From positions 1-37,395 of IMG/VR virus record IMGVR_UViG_3300045988_031779: a DNA stretch of 37,395 bases; one strand, written 5' to 3'. The stretch is from a virus. Taxonomy: Duplodnaviria > Heunggongvirae > Uroviricota > Caudoviricetes. The translations under genes and the position numbers were made by a program. The notes beneath the pieces were generated by a model, which worked only from the letters and a program-made list of their open reading frames with translations, was not told where the DNA came from and did not search any database. Positions 1 through 5,741 of this stretch are shown in pieces (position 1 is the first letter of the stretch; every line of letters starts with the position of its first letter).

Positions 1-753
1 AGCATTTTTAAATCGACTGACATCTGGAAGAGTTGATACTTTAAAAGTAAGCCCTAATCCGTCAATTTTATAACCTGGAGATGAGGCTTCAAGGCACGCG
101 CTTATTGCAGTGGAATCGTCATTTATACCATCACCAACAGCTCCAAAATCTTTGGGGCTAATAGCATCACGCATTTTATCCTGGAACGTTCGGTACACAG
201 CCCCAGAACCATACTGAATAAACCAACCAAAACCACCAACAACTCCGGCGATTGTAGCATCGACATAATTACGCATTGAGCGATTATTTACAGCGTCCTG
301 CTCAAATGATGGATCTGCAAGGTTAGAAATTTTGTTTTGCTTTGCATCGTAATATTTTGCAAGCAAAGATGGTTTCATCAATGCACGTCTGAACCACCCA
401 AAACATTGCTGGATCAGCATCGTCAGGTAGTCAAAGGCATCTTCATGCACTTCGGGGAAAAATTTTCCCTGATTGCGAAGGTCTGTGTCCTGCACTACAT
501 CAAGCACACGATCTATCGTAATTCGCCATCCAGTAGCAAGCGGAGACGGAAGAACCACAGAACCGCCACTATAAGTGCCCGCCCCAGTTACCGTATAACC
601 GGTATCCAGGACCAATTCTGTTACGTTCCCGTTCAGGTCAGACACCTGAACAACCAGGTCTGATTTTCTGAAAATTCGAAAAGTATACGGAAACGATGTC
701 GTAACGCCGTTACCGGTGTATTCGTTGTGGTCAACTTCGGTTGAGACCGTCAT
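1..753 (-). CDS. Tailspike/tail fibre protein, N-terminal ~251 aa; gene continues beyond window start
   Basis: Reverse-strand ORF starting ATG at 753..751 (GGAG upstream), no stop before position 1. N-terminus MTVSTEVDHNEYTGNGVTTSFPYTF... follows the spacing pattern of the T7 gp17-type virion-attachment domain; followed by FGAVGDGINDDSTAI, typical of the start of a pectate-lyase-like beta-helix. Not in the supplied ORF track because it is partial. Confidence 0.7.
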   Translation of the reverse strand, partial: MTVSTEVDHNEYTGNGVTTSFPYTFRIFRKSDLVVQVSDLNGNVTELVLDTGYTVTGAGTYSGGSVVLPSPLATGWRITIDRVLDVVQDTDLRNQGKFFPEVHEDAFDYLTMLIQQCFGWFRRALMKPSLLAKYYDAKQNKISNLADPSFEQDAVNNRSMRNYVDATIAGVVGGFGWFIQYGSGAVYRTFQDKMRDAISPKDFGAVGDGINDDSTAISACLEASSPGYKIDGLGLTFKVSTLPDVSRFKNA

Positions 754-856
754 GTTAAATCTCCAGATAGTCGCAGCACCCGTTGCGCCGCATATCTGGT
801 TATTCTATTACCTGAAAAACCATATATGGATAAAAAGACTATAAATACCAATAGAT

Positions 857-873
857 ATTACCTTTCGGGTAAT
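857..873. promoter_or_regulatory. Operator-like palindrome site 1: ATTACC-tttcg-GGTAAT
   Basis: Perfect 6-bp inverted half-sites with 5-bp spacer, in the intergenic region between the tailspike start and the small antirepressor-like gene. Confidence 0.5.
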
Positions 874-909
874 TTGCAAAACGTGCTGGATAGCAAACAA
901 ATTATTTGT

Positions 910-929
910 TACTGTATAAACATACAGTT
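910..929 (+). promoter_or_regulatory. LexA (SOS) box-like site TACTGTATAAACATACAGTT
   Basis: CTGT-N8-ACAG with 17 of 20 matches to the E. coli LexA consensus TACTGTATATATATACAGTA; ends 20 bp upstream of the ATG at 949. Confidence 0.6.
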
Positions 930-948
930 ATTGCATGGAGAAGATAAG

Positions 949-1206
949 ATGCAGCAGTATCACTATCCACTGGAAGACGGATTTACCGAAAGGATTCACA
1001 CGCCGGGAGGCGTCAGGTCACTGGTGGAGGGATCGCACTTGATGAAATTACTCCGGGATCTCGATAAGGATGGATTTAATGTCGATGGCCCACTTGCCGA
1101 ACTGACTGCACTGATTAACTACGTCACCAGCTCACAGATGTCTATGCAGGATCTGCAAACACATCTCGACTATTGTGCCGAACAATTACGAAAACAAACC
1201 CGGTAA
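949..1206 (+). CDS. Small antirepressor-like protein (Tum-like), 85 aa
   Basis: ATG at 949 preceded by GGAG with about 8-nt spacing. Track ORF 826..1206 is the same frame but would contain the operator-like site and LexA box, so the shorter start is preferred. Product is clearly similar (roughly 45 percent identity by eye) to the C-terminal domain of the Bro-N antirepressor at 2355..3065. Confidence 0.5.
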   Translation: MQQYHYPLEDGFTERIHTPGGVRSLVEGSHLMKLLRDLDKDGFNVDGPLAELTALINYVTSSQMSMQDLQTHLDYCAEQLRKQTR

Positions 1207-1210
1207 ATTT

Positions 1211-1232
1211 AAAGGCCGCAAGAGCGGCCTAT
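1211..1232. terminator. Candidate bidirectional intrinsic terminator (GGCCGC-aaga-GCGGCC)
   Basis: 6-bp GC stem between convergent genes 949..1206(+) and 1229..1957(-), T/A-rich flanks on both sides; overlaps the stop of the minus-strand gene. Confidence 0.45.
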
Positions 1233-1957
1233 CGTTTCGCTTTGTGCTCGTCCCAGCACGTTTTGCACCATGCCATTAAGCCGTCCGCATTTTGATTATT
1301 AGGGTAAAAGCTGGTCCGTTTTCTGCGGACATTACAAATTGGGCACCACTTCATATGGCGTGTATTCTTTGGGCCATCGAGGCACCTTGCACACCACTTA
1401 GTCAATCCATCTGGATTTTTTGACGATTTCCGGAATTTGTCATATGGAAGGTTTATTCTGCATCGCAAACACTGCTTGCGGCCACTTGAAACTCTGTTAG
1501 CTGATTCTTCTTTTGGCGGCGATACAGAAGGTATTCTTGCTGGCTCTGATACTGCCTGAGGTGCTTTTTTAGATGACTGAGACGATATGTCATCACCAGG
1601 GAATCTTCCATGATATGCCGGACGCGTTGACACTCCAGGTGGAAGCTCAGCTGTAAACGGCTTTGGCTGAATCAGTTGCCTCTCTTTTGCTAACTCCTGC
1701 TGTTTATAATATGTCTGGATTACCGCACTATCATAAGCAGGAGGTACGGAAATATCAGGCGCGTTACCTCCAGTTTTTTGAAACTGAGTAGATGTGTGTT
1801 CTATCACCTGTGTACGACTAATCGTTACCTCCCCATCTTCGGTCTTTATCGTTTTGTTCTGATTAACGACCGTACGATCAGAGATCTTAGTCTTGTTCTG
1901 GTTGATAACGTAAATAATCACCGCAACCACACCAACAACTATCCAGAAAACTTCCAT
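1229..1957 (-). CDS. Single-pass membrane protein with C-terminal tandem Cys-rich (zinc-ribbon-like) repeats, 242 aa
   Basis: ATG at 1957 with GAGGA upstream; hydrophobic N-terminal helix FWIVVGVVAVIIYVI; C-terminus has two similar units NPDGLTKWCARC and NADGLMAWCKTC plus further Cys pairs. No family recognised. Confidence 0.55.
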   Translation of the reverse strand: MEVFWIVVGVVAVIIYVINQNKTKISDRTVVNQNKTIKTEDGEVTISRTQVIEHTSTQFQKTGGNAPDISVPPAYDSAVIQTYYKQQELAKERQLIQPKPFTAELPPGVSTRPAYHGRFPGDDISSQSSKKAPQAVSEPARIPSVSPPKEESANRVSSGRKQCLRCRINLPYDKFRKSSKNPDGLTKWCARCLDGPKNTRHMKWCPICNVRRKRTSFYPNNQNADGLMAWCKTCWDEHKAKR

Positions 1958-1976
1958 TGCTTTTCCTCACAATAAC

Positions 1977-1993
1977 ATTACCTTAAAGGTAAT
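1977..1993. promoter_or_regulatory. Operator-like palindrome site 2: ATTACC-ttaaa-GGTAAT
   Basis: Perfect palindrome 20-36 nt upstream of the start codon of 1229..1957(-). Confidence 0.5.
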
Positions 1994-2069
1994 ATCTTGC
2001 TTTCAGGTGATCAAGCGTTAAACGCAATCAACCAAATACGGTTGATTTTAATATTTCTTCGCGTTTATC

Positions 2070-2086
2070 ATTACCTTTGCGGTAAA
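2070..2086. promoter_or_regulatory. Operator-like palindrome site 3: ATTACC-tttgc-GGTAAA, with candidate promoter just upstream
   Basis: One mismatch to the palindrome; TTGATT (2040..2045) and TTATCA (2065..2070) form a plausible -35/-10 immediately upstream, reading rightward. Confidence 0.4.
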
Positions 2087-2198
2087 TTTACATCGCACTC
2101 CTCTTGTGCCATAGTAATCGGGCACTGGCAAAATCCAGTGCCGGGATTGGCGTCCCGGGTTACTAAGTGGCGCATACCACGCCAGACGTGGTTTTTTT
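2087..2198 (+). ncRNA. Candidate structured leader or small RNA upstream of the Bro-N antirepressor, ending in an intrinsic terminator
   Basis: Stem-loops at 2121..2142 (GGCACTGG-caaaat-CCAGTGCC) and 2141..2158 (CCGGGA-ttggcg-TCCCGG), then terminator 2177..2198. No convincing ORF; track ORF 1997..2308 lacks a ribosome-binding site and crosses the terminator. Confidence 0.3.
2177..2198 (+). terminator. Intrinsic terminator (CCACG-ccaga-CGTGG followed by 7 T)
   Basis: 5-bp GC-rich stem followed by TTTTTTT on the plus strand, about 155 bp upstream of the Bro-N antirepressor start. Confidence 0.5.
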
Positions 2199-2354
2199 AT
2201 GCGTTAAGCACAGCTATATCCGAATTATGGTGGGCTGGGCAGGGGTCCGAAAGGACGCCGGTACCACTTAGGCCGGTACGCCAACCTTGTCCAGTTCACC
2301 ACCAGTAATTGGCGTTGCGGTGGTGATTAAAATCACTAAGTGGAGATAACCACC

Positions 2355-3065
2355 ATGGCTAATGCTCAAACTTCCATCTTCAAATTTGAATCTGTTAACC
2401 CTATCCGTTCCATCATTATCGATGGCCAACCATGGTTTGTAGCCCAAGACGTTTGTAGTGCGCTGCGTATCCAAAACGTCACCCAAGCACTTGAAAAACT
2501 GGATGATGATGAAAGGTCTATGTTCAACATAGGGCATGAACATCGTGCAATTTTTGACAGCCGAGTAAAAGAGATCAACATCATCTCCGAGTCAGGCCTC
2601 TACACACTGATCCTCCGCTGCCGCGACGCAGTGACACCAGGCACTATCCCCTACCGCTTTCGTAAATGGGTTACAGGTGAGGTTCTTCCTCAGATCCGCC
2701 GCACCGGAAGCTACATTAAAAACTCGCTCCCGCAGGAAGAACGCATAAAGATGGTTGCCGACCAGGTAGCCAACGCCACAGCATCAGCAGTGATGCAGGC
2801 AATGAAGATAGAGAACAAAACCTACAGCGCCCCACTGAAGCCCGGCTACCGCAGCCTGATTCATTCGCCGTCTGGTGTTCTCGGCCTGACGGAGCACTCA
2901 CTGCTGATGAATCTGCTGAACCAGTTACAGGACGACGGGCACGACGTATCGGGCGCGGCGGCGGAGCTGACCACCATGTTCTGCTACATCGTCGGTGTGA
3001 GCAAATGCCTGCGTGATATCCAGACCCACGCGGAGTACATCAACGACAAAGCAGGGTTCTTCTGA
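2355..3065 (+). CDS. Bro-N domain antirepressor with Ant/KilA-C-type C-terminal domain, 236 aa
   Basis: ATG at 2355 with GGAG 9 nt upstream (track ORF begins at GTG 2340 in the same frame). N-terminus IFKFESVNPIRSIIIDGQPWFVAQDVCSALRIQN matches the Bro-N signature; C-terminal domain is paralogous to 949..1206. Confidence 0.7.
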   Translation: MANAQTSIFKFESVNPIRSIIIDGQPWFVAQDVCSALRIQNVTQALEKLDDDERSMFNIGHEHRAIFDSRVKEINIISESGLYTLILRCRDAVTPGTIPYRFRKWVTGEVLPQIRRTGSYIKNSLPQEERIKMVADQVANATASAVMQAMKIENKTYSAPLKPGYRSLIHSPSGVLGLTEHSLLMNLLNQLQDDGHDVSGAAAELTTMFCYIVGVSKCLRDIQTHAEYINDKAGFF

Positions 3066-3136
3066 CGGGCGGCGGCACAGGGATGTGTCTTTAAATCATT
3101 CTGTACAGATTGCAGACTGGGAGTGAATAGCGTACT

Positions 3137-3153
3137 ATTACCCTAAAGGTAAA
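3137..3153. promoter_or_regulatory. Operator-like palindrome site 4: ATTACC-ctaaa-GGTAAA
   Basis: 26-42 nt upstream of the ATG at 3179. Confidence 0.45.
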
Positions 3154-3178
3154 CCATGTGTTTACATGAGGAGGAGAT

Positions 3179-3388
3179 ATGGGATTTTGGTTCGCTCGTA
3201 CAAAAACGAGGGATAATGCACCCAGCCCTCAGGCAAAAAATGCAGAAGTTCCGGCGTCAGCGCAGGTTAACAAGCGTGGTGGAGTATATATCTCATCACA
3301 GCAAATTTCTGAGCTTCCTGAGGTTAAAGAGATGCGTCGTCTCGCTGCTGCAATTGTTAAACAGGATCTTGCCACTGTAAGGAAATAG
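3179..3388 (+). CDS. Hypothetical small protein, 69 aa
   Basis: ATG at 3179 with strong GAGGAGGA upstream; ordinary GC content; stop overlaps the GTG start of the next gene (TAGTG). Confidence 0.45.
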   Translation: MGFWFARTKTRDNAPSPQAKNAEVPASAQVNKRGGVYISSQQISELPEVKEMRRLAAAIVKQDLATVRK

Positions 3389-4251
3389 TGTTGTTAGCTC
3401 TTCTAATTATCCCCATTCTGGTTAGTGGTTATATTATGATAACCGCTAACCAGTATCATTATTTCCGTTTATACCGACATGAAGGCCAGCTTCTTTATAT
3501 GAAAGTAGCTGCATTAGGTACATATTGCCTTGTTGCTTCAGTAATAATTGCCGCATTTATAAAATGTAAATATCCTGATTTTCACCTAGTTCACGACATG
3601 GTGGAAACTTTTAATGTAACGTCAAAACCAGAAACAGATAGAATTTACATGTGGCTACTTCTTCTGTCAGTCACATCAATTTGCTTCTCTTTGTGTTATG
3701 TATCTTTTGTTTGGCTAAAAGATCTTCTTTTAGGTTGTTTTTATAAACGTGATATTTATGACAAAATATCAGAGGCAATGAAAGCTAGAGTATTGCGAAA
3801 AACGTACTCCCAGGGTTCTTTAGATTTGCTATTGCTTGATGCAATCGAATCAGATCCTAAGAAACCAATGTTAATTACTTTATCATCAAATAAAGTATAC
3901 GTTGGAATAATAAATGGTTCTGGTGAGCCAACGGAAAATCAAGGGCCACACCAACACATATCTTTTGTTCCTTTAATGTCAGGGTACAGAAACAAAGAAA
4001 ATTTATCTGTTACATTTACAAACGCTTACCCAGGTGAAATCCAAATTAAGCGCAGTGCTGCGATAAAAGGGATAAGCAAAAAGAAAGTTCAAGGTCTAGA
4101 AATTATGGTATCTATAGACGAAATAAGTCATATATCATGGTTTGACTTTGAAGTATATAAGGCAACCAATAACAAAGTAGAAACAAAGGGTCATGTTGTT
4201 AATGTGACCAAAAATGGTCGCAACATATACTACAGAAGTGGCAGGAAATAA
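3388..4251 (+). CDS. Polytopic membrane protein (about 3 predicted TM helices plus ~170-aa soluble C-terminal domain), 287 aa, AT-rich cargo
   Basis: GTG start overlapping the upstream stop, GGAA 5 nt upstream. Hydrophobic segments LLALLIIPILVSGYIMI, VAALGTYCLVASVIIAAFI, MWLLLLSVTSICFSLCYVSFVW. Sequence visibly AT-rich compared with flanking phage genes (by eye, not computed). No family recognised. Confidence 0.6.
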   Translation: MLLALLIIPILVSGYIMITANQYHYFRLYRHEGQLLYMKVAALGTYCLVASVIIAAFIKCKYPDFHLVHDMVETFNVTSKPETDRIYMWLLLLSVTSICFSLCYVSFVWLKDLLLGCFYKRDIYDKISEAMKARVLRKTYSQGSLDLLLLDAIESDPKKPMLITLSSNKVYVGIINGSGEPTENQGPHQHISFVPLMSGYRNKENLSVTFTNAYPGEIQIKRSAAIKGISKKKVQGLEIMVSIDEISHISWFDFEVYKATNNKVETKGHVVNVTKNGRNIYYRSGRK

Positions 4252-4267
4252 TTTTTACGTAGTTTAG

Positions 4268-4780
4268 GTGGCTTATATGGATAATACTATCTTAGGCGCA
4301 TTGATAGGTGCAGTTATTGCTATAGTTTCTACTTACATAAGTGCAAGGCAAGGATACAAAAACAGCATAAAATTAGAGCGCGAAAAAATATTAAGAGATA
4401 AACGTGAGCAATTATTCACAAATTGCATACTTACTGAAAAAGTCATAGCTTCAAACAAAATGGCTATTCTCAATTTTGTTAACAATGCCAGTTACCACTC
4501 TGATAGTAAATTTGACACATCAAAAGTCAATCCGTTGCAAACGATGGAAATGCTAATAAACATATACCTTCCTGAGTATAAAAAAGACTTACAAGAACTC
4601 AATAATATGTATAACAAGTTTCACAATTACTACTCTCAATATACATGTGCACATACCTTCAAAAATATGCCTGATAATGAGAAGTTGAAGTTTATTGAGG
4701 AAGCTGATTTTTATGCAAAAAAGATATATGGCAAACTTAATGATATTAAGGACAAGATATCATTTAACTCAATAGTATAA
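4268..4780 (+). CDS. Membrane-anchored protein (one N-terminal TM helix, Lys/Asn-rich soluble domain), 170 aa, AT-rich cargo
   Basis: ATG at 4268, 16 nt after the previous stop, with AGGTGG upstream. TM helix ILGALIGAVIAIVSTYI. No family recognised. Confidence 0.6.
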   Translation: MAYMDNTILGALIGAVIAIVSTYISARQGYKNSIKLEREKILRDKREQLFTNCILTEKVIASNKMAILNFVNNASYHSDSKFDTSKVNPLQTMEMLINIYLPEYKKDLQELNNMYNKFHNYYSQYTCAHTFKNMPDNEKLKFIEEADFYAKKIYGKLNDIKDKISFNSIV

Positions 4781-4855
4781 CAGCGATACTGCCGCTGACG
4801 GCTCCCGCTGCGGTGGGCGTTCTGCGGATTCCCGCCCGGGCGGCGGTGGAATTCG

Positions 4856-5740
4856 TTAAAAACAAGGCCGCGAAAGCGGCCTGTTTGATAACTGTGCAGT
4901 TTTCGCTGATCGATTTTCAGCTCTAAATTCAAGAACCGTTTCAATATTTCTTTCCTTCAGCATATCAATAACATTTTTATTCATTTGACTATCACTGGTT
5001 AATAACTGGTAAACGTCGCTTCTCTCTTTATCAGAGTTTTCTTTAACAGCTGCTTTGCATGCCAAATGCTTATTGAAATTTTCTACATCGCTAGTACAGG
5101 AATTTACGGCTGCTGATGAAATATCAGACGCTGAAGAAACACCATCATCCAAACGTTTTATAGCATTTTCTATACATGAGTTAAGGGAATAAACGACAAC
5201 TGAGCGATACCCTTCAGACGCACACCATTCTAAATTTCTTGAAGGATCGAGTGGTTTTACTTCGCTGGATTGAATTAACTTGTCAAAAACTGACTTATAT
5301 TCAATCTGTTTTTTATCTATAGCCCATACTTCAGTAGCTGATTTATAATTCCCCGTATGCCTATTAACATCAAATCCATGTTTTATAAGCAAATCTGCCC
5401 ATGAAAGATTTATTGATTCATTGTTATGAGGCCATTTTCCTGTCAGAACCGCCCCCATAGACCCCATATATCCGCCATATGATGGTATAGCACCATGGCT
5501 CAGTAACTTCTCAGCAACCACAGGGCAATTAATTACATAAGAGGCGTAAAGCCCATTCCATAAAGCCCCTCTATAGTAATCGCCACGATTAGGTTCTTTT
5601 AAGTCGATAGCCTTTGATAATTGTTCACACGTTTTGCATGCATCAAAGTTATCCTTATTGCATTGCAATGAACTGGCAGCTGTAGGATTTACAGAGACTA
5701 TTGAAAGCACTATGCCAAAAAACAAATTTATTTTTTTCAT
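4856..5740 (-). CDS. Secreted protein with Sec-type signal peptide, AT-rich; weak ankyrin-repeat-like motifs, 294 aa
   Basis: ATG at 5740, 1 nt after the stop of the 1129-aa virion protein gene. N-terminus MKKINLFFGIVLSIVSVNPTAASS is signal-peptide-like; ADLLIKHGFDVN and AEKLLSHGA resemble ankyrin repeat ends (weak). Confidence 0.55.
   Translation of the reverse strand: MKKINLFFGIVLSIVSVNPTAASSLQCNKDNFDACKTCEQLSKAIDLKEPNRGDYYRGALWNGLYASYVINCPVVAEKLLSHGAIPSYGGYMGSMGAVLTGKWPHNNESINLSWADLLIKHGFDVNRHTGNYKSATEVWAIDKKQIEYKSVFDKLIQSSEVKPLDPSRNLEWCASEGYRSVVVYSLNSCIENAIKRLDDGVSSASDISSAAVNSCTSDVENFNKHLACKAAVKENSDKERSDVYQLLTSDSQMNKNVIDMLKERNIETVLEFRAENRSAKTAQLSNRPLSRPCF
4866..4883. terminator. Bidirectional intrinsic terminator candidate (AGGCCGC-gaaa-GCGGCCT)
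   Basis: 7-bp GC stem with GAAA loop, flanked by AAAAACA upstream and GTTTGAT downstream, at the convergence of the plus-strand module and the minus-strand late operon; overlaps the last codons of 4856..5740. Confidence 0.5.
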
Positions 5741-5741
5741 C

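Noticed and set aside
826-948. Longer N-terminal extension of the small antirepressor-like gene (track ORF 826..1206)
   Set aside because: The extension would contain the operator-like palindrome and the LexA box; the internal ATG at 949 has a good GGAG, so the short form is more plausible, though the long form is not excluded.
1997-2308. Track ORF of 103 aa in the leader upstream of the Bro-N antirepressor
   Set aside because: No RBS, the frame spans an intrinsic terminator and several hairpins, and the composition is biased; treated as non-coding structured RNA.
3156-3380. Alternative 74-aa ORF overlapping the 69-aa gene in another frame
   Set aside because: The ATG at 3179 has a much stronger Shine-Dalgarno sequence (GAGGAGGA), and only that frame couples to the downstream GTG start.
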